The notes under the pieces: model-generated | Database searches by the model: none | The model's input: only the letters and a program-made list of their open reading frames with translations | Told to the model about the DNA's origin: nothing | Source: an uncultured Gemmatimonadales bacterium | Lineage (GTDB): Bacteria; Gemmatimonadota; Gemmatimonadetes; Longimicrobiales; Gaopeijiaceae | Direction: 5' to 3' | NCBI GenBank assembly: GCA_963809895.1 | Contig: CAWELD010000010.1 | Span: 576,001 to 640,000 of the forward strand | Length of the DNA: 64,000 bases | In this document: piece after piece, positions 9,140 to 21,000 of the stretch | Layout: every line of letters begins with the position of its first letter | Position numbering within the stretch: the stretch's first letter is position 1 | Translations under genes and position numbers: made by a program

Positions 9140-11374
9140 ATGCCCCAGCCCAACGCCAGGCCCCGCTCGACTCCACCCGGCGCCGCGCCCGTAGCACCCG
9201 GACGCCCTGGCGGGCTCGGCACCTTCGGAGGGGTCTTCACGCCGTCGATGCTGACCATCCTCGGCGTGATCATGTACCTGCGCTTCGGGTGGGTCGTGGG
9301 CAACGTGGGGCTGGTGGGCACGCTGACCATCGTCACCCTGTCCACCTCCATCACCTTCCTCACCGCCCTCTCCGTGGCCGCCATCGCCACCGACCAGCGC
9401 GTCAGGATCGGTGGCGCGTACTACATGATCAGCCGGTCGCTGGGGATCGAGACCGGTGGCGCCGTGGGCATTCCCCTGTTCCTGGCCCAGGGACTGTCGG
9501 TGGCGCTCTACACGGTGGGCTTCGCCGAGAGCATCACCGACGCCTTTCCCGGGGTGGACGAGCGCCTGGTGGGGATCATCACCACCGTCGCCATCGCCGG
9601 GCTGGCCCTCTACTCGGCCCGGGTGGCCATCCGGAGCCAGTACTTCATCATGGCGGCCATCGCGCTGTCGCTGGTGTCGCTCCTGTTCGGGCACGCCATC
9701 GAGCCGTCGAGCATCGAGATGTTCGGCGCGCGGCCCGAGCGCTCCGAGTCGTTCTGGGTGGTGTTCGCGGTCTTCTTCCCGGCCGTCACCGGCATCATGG
9801 CCGGGGTCAACATGTCCGGCGACCTGGCCAACCCCGGGCGTTCGATTCCCCGCGGCACCTTCGCGGCCATCGGCGTCGGCTACGTCATCTACATGGGATT
9901 GCCGGTGATCCTGGCCATGCGGGCCGATGCGGTGACGCTCATCGAGGACCCGCTCATCATGCGGCGTATGGCGCTGTGGGGGAACGCCATTCTGGTCGGG
10001 GTGTGGGGCGCCACGCTGTCGTCGGCGCTGGGGAGCATTCTGGGGGCGCCCCGCGTGCTGCAGGCATTGGCGAGGGACGGCGTGCTGCCCCGACCTCTGC
10101 GTTGGCTCGGCAAGGGGAGCGGGCCCGAGGACACTCCGCGGGCCGGGACGCTGGTGACGCTGGCCCTGGCACTGGTGGCGGTGTGGTACGGCGATCTCAA
10201 CCTGATCGCGCCGGTCCTCACCATGTTCTTCCTCACCACGTACGGTGTGCTCAACGTGGCCGCCGGCGTGGAGCGCTTCCTGGGCAGCCCCTCGTTCCGG
10301 CCGCGCTTCCGGGTGCACTGGTTCCTGTCGCTGCTGGGCGCGGTGGGATGCGTGGCGGTCATGTTCCTGGTGAACGCCGCCGCCACCGTGGTGGCCGCCA
10401 TCTTCGTGCTGCTCATCTTCGTGTGGCTCGAGCGGCAGGGGCTGGAGGCCACCTGGGGCGACGTGCGCCGGGGCCTGTGGATGGCGCTCACCCGCTCCGG
10501 CCTCCTGCGTCTTCGGAGTGGCACGGATCCGCGCAACTGGCGGCCGCATTTCCTGGTGCTCTCGGGGGCGCCCACCAAGCGCTGGCACCTCATCGAGCTG
10601 GCCAACGCCTTCAGCCACGGGCGTGGGCTGCTGAGCGTGGCCACCGTGGTGCCACCGGAGGGCATGGTGTCGGAGAAGCGGCGCCAGACCATGGAGAACC
10701 GGGTGCAGGACTACATGGCCAAGCGCGGCGTGCACGGCCTGGTGCGGGTCATGACCGCGCCGGATGCCTTCGTGGGTGCCGAGCGACTGGTGCAGGCGTA
10801 CGGTCTCGGTGCGCTGGTGCCCAACACCATCCTGCTGGGCGACAGCGAGCGCGACGAGCTCCGTCCCCGCTATTGTTCAATGGTCGAGCACTTCTACGAT
10901 GCGCGCCGCAACGTGGTCATCGTGCGGGGCGGTGAGAACCACGGCTTCGGCCTGCGGCAGCGCGTGGACATCTGGTGGGGCGGTCTGCAGGGCAACGGCG
11001 CGCTGCTCCTGATCCTGGGCTATCTGCTCCGCAACAGCATCGCGTGGCAGAACGCCGAGGTGCGCATGAAGATGGTCGTGCCCGACGAGTCCGCGCAGGA
11101 GCAGAGCCTGGAGCGGCTCACCGAGTTGGTGGAGATGACCCGCACCGGGGTCACGCCCGAAGTGCTGGCGGCCGAGGGCCGGCCCTTCGACGACATCCTG
11201 CACGACAGCTCGACGGGGGCCGATCTGGTGCTCATGGGGATGGCCGAGCCCGATGGGGACTTCCTGCAGTACTTCACCGAGCTCCGCGAGCGGACCACCG
11301 GGCTCCCACCCACGGTCTTCGTGCTCGCCGCCGAGGAGATCGCCTTCCGCGAGGTCCTGCTCAGGGGGGAGTGA
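9140..11374 (+). CDS. Cation-chloride cotransporter / amino acid permease family
   Basis: LGTFGGVFTPS.LTILGVIMYLRFGWVVG, GGAYYMISRSLG, FFPAVTGIMAG, NWRP, DIWWGG. Confidence 0.92.
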   Translation: MPQPNARPRSTPPGAAPVAPGRPGGLGTFGGVFTPSMLTILGVIMYLRFGWVVGNVGLVGTLTIVTLSTSITFLTALSVAAIATDQRVRIGGAYYMISRSLGIETGGAVGIPLFLAQGLSVALYTVGFAESITDAFPGVDERLVGIITTVAIAGLALYSARVAIRSQYFIMAAIALSLVSLLFGHAIEPSSIEMFGARPERSESFWVVFAVFFPAVTGIMAGVNMSGDLANPGRSIPRGTFAAIGVGYVIYMGLPVILAMRADAVTLIEDPLIMRRMALWGNAILVGVWGATLSSALGSILGAPRVLQALARDGVLPRPLRWLGKGSGPEDTPRAGTLVTLALALVAVWYGDLNLIAPVLTMFFLTTYGVLNVAAGVERFLGSPSFRPRFRVHWFLSLLGAVGCVAVMFLVNAAATVVAAIFVLLIFVWLERQGLEATWGDVRRGLWMALTRSGLLRLRSGTDPRNWRPHFLVLSGAPTKRWHLIELANAFSHGRGLLSVATVVPPEGMVSEKRRQTMENRVQDYMAKRGVHGLVRVMTAPDAFVGAERLVQAYGLGALVPNTILLGDSERDELRPRYCSMVEHFYDARRNVVIVRGGENHGFGLRQRVDIWWGGLQGNGALLLILGYLLRNSIAWQNAEVRMKMVVPDESAQEQSLERLTELVEMTRTGVTPEVLAAEGRPFDDILHDSSTGADLVLMGMAEPDGDFLQYFTELRERTTGLPPTVFVLAAEEIAFREVLLRGE

Positions 11375-11560
11375 GGGCGTCCAGGGGGACTTCGCCCAGG
11401 CGCCGGATCAGCCGGTTGCGTTCCTTTCCCATGGAGACGAGGATGGCCGGGTGCGAGCGGGAGCGCCAGCCTCGGAGGAGCGATGCCGGGGTCGCGCCCG
11501 GCGGGGCCTCGGCGGCTTCGCCTTGATGCTCGCGCGCCCGACCCACGTCGTCCCGAGCCC

Positions 11561-14285
11561 ATGACCCAGCCCACATCAACCCCGTTCGTCGGCGAGGACC
11601 GCCAGCGACTGCTGGAGGAGCTCCAGCAGGTGTGGGACGAGGTGAAGGGTGGGGAAGGGGCGCGCCTGGTGACGCTGGCGGCGCCCACCGGGTGGGGAAA
11701 GACCCGGGTCATCCAGGAGCTCTACGGGCGGTTGGTATCCGAAGGTGGTGGCGGTTACTGGCCTGCATCGATGCAGGTTCCCGACACGTCCTGGCTGCAA
11801 GCACGCAAGCGCGTCTTTCCGCCGCCGTTCGACGTGCGCGAGGGAACCACGATCCCGTTCCTGTGGCTGGGGGTGAGCTGCCAGAAGGATCAGATGGGTC
11901 GGCGACTGGCAGCCCTCCAGTATGCCGAAGAGCAGTTCCAGGCCCACGTGGGCCCCATGGCTCGGGCGCTGGCCGAGCGGGGGGAGCGCTGGAAGGCGAG
12001 GCTGGGGGCCGTGGGCGCCGTGGCGGGCCTGTTCGGACTCCCCGACCCGGTGCAGATGGCCATGACCTGGCACGGCATCGCCCGCTCTACGTGGGACCTC
12101 GTCAGCGGCGAGTGGTCGGTCTTCCAGAGCCGCCGTCGGGGGCACGCCGCCCGCCACGTCGACACCGAAGGGCTGGAGTCCGCAGCGGAACGGGCTCGGG
12201 AGCTCGGCGAGCAGCTCGGCGAAGCTGAGCGGTGAGGATCTGCCGGTGGTGCTGGTGGTGGACGACGCCCACTGGGCCGACCCGGGAACGGTGGCGTTCC
12301 TGGACACGCTCCTGGGCGGTACCGGCCATGTGCTCGTGCTGGCCACCGCGTGGCCCGATCAGCTCGCGGTTCAGGCGAGCGAGCCTGGGACCTTCGGTGC
12401 CGCGATGTCCGCGTGGGCGGAGGCCGGTATCGCTCGCCGCATCGATCTCGCACCCCTGCCGGATCCCTCACTGGAGATGCTGGTGCGTGCCCGGGCGCCG
12501 GATCCGGACCAGGTGGAGCCGCAGGTGGTGGCCGCGCTGTGCCGGCGGGCCGGCGGTAATCCCAATCGCCTGGAGGGATTGCTGTCACTCCGGGTCGTGC
12601 GCCGCGCACTGGCGTCGGGTGCCGCGGGTGGAGGGCTCACCGACGAGGAGATCCAGTCGCTGCCTACCGGCGACCGGGAGATCTATCAGGCCATCTGGCG
12701 GGAGCTGCCCGAAGGCGTCCAGGAGGCGCTGGCCCTGACCACCGTGCAGGGGCCGCGCTTCAATCCCCAATGGATCCCGGCGGCCGCGGAGCTCCTGGAC
12801 CTGACCGGCGCCGAGGCCGGGCTGGCCGCGGCGCGGGCTCCGTGGGGCTGGGTGCGCTCGCTGGACGCGGCCCTGGACGCCTTCGTGGAGGCGGGCCTCT
12901 TCGAGCGGGCCCGAGAGGAGGCCGCCAACCTCTTCCTGCCGCGGGAGCTGAAAGAGGCCCGCGCTGCCATGTTGGCGTGGGCGGTGGCCCGCAAGCAGCA
13001 GGACGATTGGTCCGCGCTCTCCACGTCCGCACGCCGAGCGGTTCTGGAGGCGCACGTCACGGCGCTGGAAGACGGCCTGGTGGAGGTGGACGAAAACGTG
13101 TTGGACTCGGTGGATCAGCTCACGCAGCTCATGTCGGAGGGCTACGAGTTGGAGGCACTGACCGCGCTCGCGCGGCGGGGCAGCGCGTGGGCCGAAGACC
13201 GGCCCGCTCTCCGCGGATTCTGGTGGCGGTTCCGGCTCCGGGAAGCCATGGCCATGGGCGAGTCGGGGCGGACCGAAGAAGCGCTGGAGCGCACGGCCGC
13301 GCTGCTGGCCGAAGTCGAGGAGGAAGCAGATGAGGGTCCGGTGGAGGTGCAGGCGATCCGCCGGCTGCGGGCTCATTGGCTCATGGAATCCGGGCGCCTC
13401 ACCGAGGCCCGGGCGGAGCTCGAGGACCTGCTGGCCACCTGGCTGGAAGAGCGGGGTCCGGACCACGTGCTGACCCTCGAAGCCCGGGCCCGGATCGCCA
13501 CCTGTCTACGGCAGGAGGGCAAGGTCCCCGAGGCCCTGGAGCGGCTGGAAGACATCGTGGACGATTCGGTGCGCGTGCTGGGTCCCGATGCCCACGATAC
13601 ACTGCTGCGGCGCCACGAGCTGGCGGTGGCGCTCATGGATGCGGGCCGCATGGATGAGGCGCTCGGATCGCTCCGCTCGCTGCTGGCCAGCCGCTTGCGA
13701 CTCTCGGGCGCCGACGCGTTCGAAACCCTGAACGTGCGGCGAAGTCTGGATGCATGTCTGCTCGGGCTGGCGCGTTGGGACGACGCAGTAGAGGCGCTGC
13801 GCGCGTCGGTCGACGACCATCGGCGCGTCATGGGGCCGGATCATCCCGCCACGCTCCGCGCGCTCGGACACCTGGCCCAGGCGCTCACGGGCAGCGGCGC
13901 GGTGGGCGAAGCCCTACAGGTGCAACTGCACCTCGCAGAGGAGAGGGCACGGGTCCAGGGTCCGGATCATCCCAACACCCTCATCGCTCGCCACAACCTC
14001 GCCTCGACCCTGGTGCGCGCCGGCGAGCTCGATGCGGCGATCAAGCTGTTCAAGGCGGTCCTGTCCCAGCGCCACCACCTGTTCGGCGCCGAACATCCCG
14101 ACACCATGGCCACCATGAACAACCTGGCCATCTGCTATCTACGGTCCGGCAAGCGCGCCGAGGCCGGGCCGCTCCTGGAAGCCGTGCTCTCGTACCGCCT
14201 GGAGACGTTGGGCCCGGAGCATCCGCACACCGAGGCCGCCTGGCGGAACCTGAAATCGTGGGCGGCGGAGTCGGGGGATTCCTGA
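11561..14285 (+). CDS. P-loop ATPase with C-terminal kinesin-light-chain-like TPR repeats, split by one frameshift near 12220
   Basis: Walker A APTGWGKT; Walker B VLVVDDAHWAD in the next frame; repeated GPDHP.TL...NLA. Confidence 0.8.
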
Positions 14286-14315
14286 GCGGACGAGCGCCCG
14301 CTACATCCATTCGCT

Positions 14316-15863
14316 TCAATCCTCCAGCTCACCAAGGCGTGCGTCCACGTCGCGGAGCACCGCCTCGAGTGCCTCCTGACTGATCACGCCGCGGTGGTAG
14401 GCGTCCAGCACGTGCTCCTTCTCCACCAACATCAGGTGTCGAGAAGCGCGACGGGCTTCCTCCTCACGGAGCACGGCGCGCTCCATCTGCATGCCACCCA
14501 TGGCCTCCTCCGCCGCTTGCACGCGCTCCTCATAGCGCTCTTGAAGCTGCGCGAGCACGTCAGGATGCACGTGCCTCTTGTCACGCATCTCTCTGAGTTC
14601 GCCCAGGGCAGCCACCGCCGCCTGCAAGCCACCGCGCGCCACCTCGTACTGCACGCGCTCTTTCAACGGGTTGCCGATGCCCAGTTTGCTGAGCAAGGGC
14701 GCCATGGTGAGGCCGTTGACGAGGATGGTCAGCACCACCACGCCGAAGGTGATGGTCACGATCAACTCGCGATGTGGGGCGTCGACGACGGAGAGGCTGA
14801 GGGCGAGCACCATGGAGATGCCGCCCCGTAGGCCGCCCCACGTGAGCGCCGCCGTCCACGCCATGGGGATACGACGTTCTCCGCGCAGCACCAGCGAAGC
14901 GAGTAGCATGACGATCGCGCGCGAGGCCATCACGGCCACGTACGCCACCAGTATGGGAAGCCACGAAACGAGCAGCGCCGTGATGCGCACCTCGAATCCG
15001 ATGAGCAGGAAGACGACCGAGTTGAGGCCGAAGGCGACGTACTCCCAGAAGCTCTCGACCGCGACGCGCGTGGACGGCGACATGCCCGTACGGGCGGCGT
15101 AGTTCCCGCACAGCATGCCGGCCACCACGGTGGCGATGACGCCGGAGGCGTGCACCTGCTCTGCGGCCACGAACGAGCCGTACGCGGCGATGGTGGTGAG
15201 CGTGATCTCGATCATCGGATCGTCGACGCGCTGGATCACGTGGCTCACCGCGAGACCCATGACTCCACCCACCAGCGCTCCCGCGCCCACGATGGCCACG
15301 AAGTCCAGGATCATCCCGGCGGGAGTCAGCACCTCTCCCGCCAGGAAGGCCAGCGTCAGCGTGAAGAAGACGACAGCGGTACCGTCGTTGAGAAGGCTCT
15401 CCCCCTCTACCAACACGGCGAGTCGTCGTGGCACGCCCAGGCTTCTGAAGAGCGCCACAACCGCGATGGGGTCCGTGGCAGCGATGAGTGAGCCGAACAC
15501 CAGGGCGTCGCGCCAGCCGAACTCGCTCTGCAGATCGAGCACCGCGGTGGCGGGCACCAGCAGAAGCACCGTGAGCGCGATGGCGGCCATCACACCCGGT
15601 ACCGCCAGGGCTGCGATGGGCACTCGATTGCGCCAGAACTCCCGGAACTGGAGGTGGTACGCCGCCTCGAACAGGAGCCCCGGGAGGAAAAGGGCGAAGA
15701 GCAGCTCCTTGGTCAGGTGAGGCGGGCTCAGCACCTCCAGCCACCCCAGCACCAGCCCGGCGATGACCAGGGCCACCGTGTAGGGTATGCGCAACCGCCT
15801 CGCGGCGACGGCCACCGTGGTCGCGACCACGAACAGCAGGATGAACACGGTCTCGGTCTGCAT
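14316..15863 (-). CDS. Na+/H+ antiporter (CPA1 family)
   Basis: LPGLLFEAA, ATDPIAVVALF, EGESLLNDG, WGGLRGGIS. Confidence 0.93.
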   Translation of the reverse strand: MQTETVFILLFVVATTVAVAARRLRIPYTVALVIAGLVLGWLEVLSPPHLTKELLFALFLPGLLFEAAYHLQFREFWRNRVPIAALAVPGVMAAIALTVLLLVPATAVLDLQSEFGWRDALVFGSLIAATDPIAVVALFRSLGVPRRLAVLVEGESLLNDGTAVVFFTLTLAFLAGEVLTPAGMILDFVAIVGAGALVGGVMGLAVSHVIQRVDDPMIEITLTTIAAYGSFVAAEQVHASGVIATVVAGMLCGNYAARTGMSPSTRVAVESFWEYVAFGLNSVVFLLIGFEVRITALLVSWLPILVAYVAVMASRAIVMLLASLVLRGERRIPMAWTAALTWGGLRGGISMVLALSLSVVDAPHRELIVTITFGVVVLTILVNGLTMAPLLSKLGIGNPLKERVQYEVARGGLQAAVAALGELREMRDKRHVHPDVLAQLQERYEERVQAAEEAMGGMQMERAVLREEEARRASRHLMLVEKEHVLDAYHRGVISQEALEAVLRDVDARLGELED

Positions 15864-15910
15864 GGTGGTGAAGATAGGACCGTGCGCGCTGGAGGGGGAT
15901 CTCCAGCTTC

Positions 15911-16633
15911 CTACTTCATGGCATCGAGGTTGGCCACGATGCGCCGGGCCAGGTCCTGGGCCAGGCCGGGATCCAGCACGTCTTCACCGTCGGTCTTACC
16001 CGTGAACCACACGGTCACGTTGCCGTAGCGGACGCGCACGGAGCCACGGCCGTCCATGGCCGATCCGCTGCCGATGTCGGGCCAGCGCTCGTGGCCCACG
16101 TCTTCTTCGGGCATGGCGTCGACCAGGGCACCGGCCACGGCTTCGTCGGACTCGCTCATCTCGCCCTGCTCGCGCTCGTCGGCCAATTCCTCGCGCACCT
16201 GCTGCTTGGCCTCACCCACCTCCTGGGCGGTGGCGTCTTCGGTGAAGCGCGCAAAGTAGCTCCGGGCCGCATCCACGGATTCGTGGACCCGAACTCCGAG
16301 AACGTTGATGTTGAGGTCGGCGAACTCGTAATAGCAGCCGGAGCCGCCCAGCGAACGCCCTTCGATCTCGTCCTGCGGGGTCCCGGTGGCGGCGGCGAGG
16401 TCGGCGGGGGTCAGCACGGCACAGTCGTCGTCCTCGACGGCCTCGGTGAAGGTGGGCTCCGGCACGTCCGCCGTGGCCGACGCGCCGGGGCTATCGGCCG
16501 CGCCACCCTCGCCGCCGCCGCACGCCGCCAGTGCCAACGCGACGACGACGAGCAGTATGTGGAGGGCCGCGCCGACCGGGCTCGCCGGGGTCACGCGCGA
16601 GCCCGCGCGAAAGTGCGGCGCGCGGGCGCTCAT
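15911..16633 (-). CDS. Hypothetical lipoprotein
   Basis: Hydrophobic stretch plus LAAC lipobox; C-x-L motif CAVLT; ATGA-type overlap with the upstream ompA-like gene. Confidence 0.7.
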   Translation of the reverse strand: MSARAPHFRAGSRVTPASPVGAALHILLVVVALALAACGGGEGGAADSPGASATADVPEPTFTEAVEDDDCAVLTPADLAAATGTPQDEIEGRSLGGSGCYYEFADLNINVLGVRVHESVDAARSYFARFTEDATAQEVGEAKQQVREELADEREQGEMSESDEAVAGALVDAMPEEDVGHERWPDIGSGSAMDGRGSVRVRYGNVTVWFTGKTDGEDVLDPGLAQDLARRIVANLDAMK

Positions 16634-17952
16634 CCCTCCCCTCCCTGATCCAGGCGCACCAACTCGACTCGACGGTTCTTCTGCTTGCCCTCGGCGGTGT
16701 CGTTGTCGGCCACGGGCTGCGATTCGCCCATCCCCGCGGTCTCGAGGCGCTCGCCCGCAATCCCCTGAGACACCAGGTAGCTCTTCACCGACTCGGCTCG
16801 ACGTTCCGAGAGCTCCTGGTTGTAGGCTTCCTCGCCGTCGGCATCGGTGTGCCCCTCGATGCGGAGGCTCAGGTCGGGATGCTCCTGGAGGATGTCCGTG
16901 ATCTCCTCCAGCGTGGGCGTGGACTCCGGGCGGATGCGGTCCGAGTTCACCGCGAAGAGGATCCCCCGGGTCACGGCGCGTCCGTCGTCCACCAGGTCGT
17001 CGTAGAGATCGGCGCCACCGGCGGCCAGCCGGATGGGCCCGATGTAGATCGGGTTGTCGTCGTTGTTCATGTACATGTTCTCGAGGTAGAGCGTGTTGCC
17101 CCGCCTCAGCTCGGCGTTGGGCACGTTGGCCACGCGCTGTGATCCCACGTAGACCTTGGCGTAGCTGCCGTCGACCATGATGCGGATGGGCACGATCTCC
17201 TCTTCGACCTGATCGGTGCGCACCACCGACTCCACCCCGTCGCTGCGCGGAGCCTTGGCGACCCCGGTCCCTCGCATGGTGCCGACCTGGAAGAAATTGC
17301 CCTGAATGTTGCGCGAGTCGTGACCGTCGGCCGCCGGCGAGTATGTCGCCACCGCGATTCGGTGATTCGGATGCGGCATGTAGGCGTCGAACTCGAGGGT
17401 GAAGCGCTGGGGGATGTCCTCGGGGAGGGGGATCTCCACGGCGGCGTAGCGGCGGCCGGTATTGCGCAGGAAGCGGCGCCCCTCCCATTCGACGATCTCC
17501 CAGTTGCCCTTCACGAAGTTGAGCCGGCGCGGGAAGTCCCCCACGTCGTCGCGGGACCAGTCGTCGTAGAAGAGGATGTCGTCGCCGGGCACGAAGTCGT
17601 AGTTGGCCCACACGCCCTCGCCCGGGACTTCCTGGGGAGGCGCCATGGCCTCGGCCTGATCCGGATCGGTGACCGGAACGCCGTCCTCGTCGGTGATGAC
17701 CTCGCCCTCGTCGTCGACGAAGATCACGTCGTCGCCGGACTCCTTGCCTTTCTCGTAGCAGTCGGAGTCGCCCACCACGCAGCGGATGGCGTCGCGGAGC
17801 AGGTCGTCGATCTTCTTCGAGAGCTCGTTCGCCACCGTGCGCTCGGCCGAGCGCTTGATGCGGTCCACGATCTGACCCCGGGCGCCGGGGGGCGCCACCA
17901 GGGCCGGAAGCAGTGCGAGGGAGAGGGTCAGAGCCAGGGCTCGGCCGCGCAT
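16630..17952 (-). CDS. OmpA-family peptidoglycan-binding protein
   Basis: Signal peptide; YDFVPGD; C-terminal IEGHTD..G...YNQELSERRAESV, NRRVE. Confidence 0.9.
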   Translation of the reverse strand: MRGRALALTLSLALLPALVAPPGARGQIVDRIKRSAERTVANELSKKIDDLLRDAIRCVVGDSDCYEKGKESGDDVIFVDDEGEVITDEDGVPVTDPDQAEAMAPPQEVPGEGVWANYDFVPGDDILFYDDWSRDDVGDFPRRLNFVKGNWEIVEWEGRRFLRNTGRRYAAVEIPLPEDIPQRFTLEFDAYMPHPNHRIAVATYSPAADGHDSRNIQGNFFQVGTMRGTGVAKAPRSDGVESVVRTDQVEEEIVPIRIMVDGSYAKVYVGSQRVANVPNAELRRGNTLYLENMYMNNDDNPIYIGPIRLAAGGADLYDDLVDDGRAVTRGILFAVNSDRIRPESTPTLEEITDILQEHPDLSLRIEGHTDADGEEAYNQELSERRAESVKSYLVSQGIAGERLETAGMGESQPVADNDTAEGKQKNRRVELVRLDQGGEG

Positions 17953-18069
17953 GTTCGTCCTCCGGGGGTGCGGGTCGGGATGTCCGTCGCCCGCTACAGC
18001 GAGATCGGACCGGGAAGCCCGCCAGCAGGGGGCGGCGGATATCCTCCCGAAACCCCGGAACGCGCCCGG

Positions 18070-21000
18070 CTACCGACTCTTCACGAGATCCATGATGTTT
18101 CCGGCCAGCGCGCTGATCGTTCGCACCCGGAAGCCACTTGCGGTGGTTCTGTAGCGTATGATTCTCTGATTTCGCCGGTTCGAGAGAATGGCGATGGAGA
18201 TGCCGTCGTTCACGGCGAGCAAGAGCTCCGAGCGGGCTCCCCGCCAGCTTCCGCCGTGCGAGGCGTACTGGGCGTCCATCTCCCATCCCAGGCCCACGAT
18301 CGGCGCCTCCGAGCCATCGCTCGTGTAGGTGGCGGTGCCCGTCCGGGTATTCCAGAGGCGGCTGGTGCGGGACACGATCTGTCCGTCCAGGGCCGCCCAC
18401 CCGAATCTCGCCAGGTCCACCGCGCTCGACTCGATGCCTCCTCCCAGGACCTTCCAACTGTTGTCGTCGTAGTCCGTCGGTTCGGATGGATTGGAGCTCG
18501 GATCTGCGCGGTTCACCAAGGTGTCGGGGCTCGCGGTCGTATCCATCTGTGTGAAGCGCAGGACGTACGGGCGGGCGCGGTCGTAGTCGGGCCGCGGGCC
18601 GCTCGGAGTGCTCATGGCCCGCAGAGACGTGAGCCCCAGGGGGTCGGAGATCTCCTCCTGGATCAGGGTGGCGACATCGGTCCCGGTCCGGCTCTCCAGC
18701 ACCGCCCCCACGAACGAGTAGCCTGGCGTGGAATAGTGGTAGTTCTCGCCCGGCGTGCAGCCGGGCAGCAGGCCGTTGCCCCACACCTGTTCCAGCGCCT
18801 CGGCGCGCCAGCGGTAGAAACGCTCGCTCGGCGTGTAGTCGATGGTGTTGCCGTTGGCGTCTTTGTCCGTGTAGTGCGGCACACACCCGGTCTTGGCCAG
18901 GAGCTGCTCCACGGTGTGGGTGTGCGTGTCGGGGAGAGTCGCGCACTGCCACGGTGGATCGTCGGACGCGCAGGCCTGGTCGCTGGTGGCGTCGCCGGGG
19001 ATGTACTCCCGTGCAGGCACCAGGTAGTCGGCCGTGGGCCGCGACAGGTCCAGTACGCCCTGCTCCTCCAGGCGCGCGGCCAAGGTCGCACCCACGACCT
19101 TGGAGACCGACGCCAGCAGGTAGACCGTGCCCGACCAGGCCCACTGCTGGTTGAAGCGATCCGCCATGCCGAAGCCCCGGCGGTAGATGACCTCGCCGTC
19201 ATCGATGATCGCCACTGACATGCCGGGCACGTCGGCATCTTCACGGTAGCGCTCGATGAGCGCATCCAACTGACCCCGTACCGGATCGCTGTAGCGGTCG
19301 TCGTTCTCGACCCATAGCCCTGCATAGCGCGGGGGACCGTTGCCCGTGTCGTAGGATTCGTAGTCGATCAGTCGGAAACCCACGTCCACGTTCCGCCGTT
19401 GGTGGTTCACGAACTCCTTGAGTGTCTTGTCGAGTTGGATCCGGACCTCACGCTGCGCTGCGGGGGCCTCGAGGATGGCGGCGTAGCGCCGGCCCGCCGG
19501 GGTCTGCCATGACTCGAGGTCGATGGGTTCGAGTCCGCGGGCGCTGGCCTCGTCCAGCCGGGCCTCGAAGGCGTCCCGGTCCTCTCCGGCGACGTAGTCC
19601 CACTCGGCGCCGGCGCAGCTGCGGTGCCAGACTGCGGTGTAGAGGAGCTGGTCCCCCCTGCGGAACGCATCGAAGGCCACCAGCCGGTATCCGTCGGCAC
19701 GCCGTTGGGCCACCTCGGCGTCGAACTCGTCCGGGCTGATCACCTGGTCCCAGGACCAGTCGATTCCTTCGACGTTGTCGGACCAAATGCCGGCAAGGGT
19801 CAGGGCTCCATCCACCTCGTCGACCTCGACGTCGGTGAGCCGCAGCCCGCGGCTGCGGTAGGTCTGGTTGCGGCTCTCGAACTCGGCGACGGTGAGGCCG
19901 TGGGCCTCCTCCCAGTCGAGGCCCCCGGTGTTGGCCTCCCAGATGAGCGAGTAGTGATCGTCGAGCCCCGGAACGACGGAGCGGTCCACGTCGATCACTC
20001 GCCGGGAGCGGGCCGGGACGGGTTCCCAGGCGGGCAGCGCCGAGCGGATCGAGCCCGGGTCGGGATCGGACTCGGTGAGCCCCCATCCCCAGGCGACGTT
20101 CATGACGTCGTCCAGGAGGCCGGTGGCGACGCAGGCGGCTGGGTTCTCGCTGTCCGCGTCGCCGCCTCCGGCGTCTGGCTCATCCAGCCCTCCGCCAGCG
20201 CCGGCGTCCAAGTCCGCGTCGGGCCGCAGCCACACCTGGATCACCCCGTCCACCTCAACCCGCAGCCGCTCGCCGGCCGTGAGTCGGTATCCCGACGAAG
20301 CGTAGTCCCTGGACGGAGTGAGGGCCCGGAGCTCTTCTCGTCCGATGTCCTGCCAGAGGACGTCGCCCACGCGGTAACGCCCCGATGCGTTCGCGGGCAG
20401 ATAGCGCAGGGTGGCTTTGTCGCCCTCGACCCGGATGCGCATGCCCTCGTTCGCGCCGTCGCCGCTGGTACGGAGTACCCACTCGCCGTCGAGGGAAGGG
20501 CCCGCGCGGTCCCAGGTCTGGTCGTTGCCGGGCCCGTTGGAGTCGATGTCGATGTTGAGGCGGTCGCCGTCCAGCGTCATGCGTGCGCTGTAGTACTGCC
20601 CGTCGCTGCCTCGGACCTGGAGCGTGCCATCGGAGGAGATGTTTTGCCACAGGACGTTGCCTTCGCTGAAGAGCTGGGATCCCTGCGGGGGAATGAAGGT
20701 GAGGGTCGCGCGGTCGCCCTGCACCACGGCGCGCATGCCGTCGTTGCGGGCGTTGTTGCTGTCGAAGCGGCGCCAGTTGCCCTGGAGGGCGGAGGGGTCG
20801 ATGGAGCCGGATGCCTCTGCGGGTGGCTGGTCACCTTCCTCGGCAGCGCCCTCATCATCGGCGCCCTCGTTCTCGGCAGCGCCCTCGTCCTCGGCGGGTA
20901 GCTCCGAACCGCACCCCGTGGCGTCATTCTCGAGGAGGACGTATCGGTCAAAGAGGTCGTTGGCCCCCCGCGGTGCCTCGGCCCAGCAGGAGCTCTCCCC

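Noticed and set aside
15911..19144. 1077-aa ORF and other long alternative-frame ORFs (e.g. 21914-24508, 17320-19218, 7338-9197, 5-1630)
   Set aside because: Arg/Gly/Pro-rich shadow frames of high-GC genes; only the terminal parts of 15911-19144 and 5-1630 are real genes
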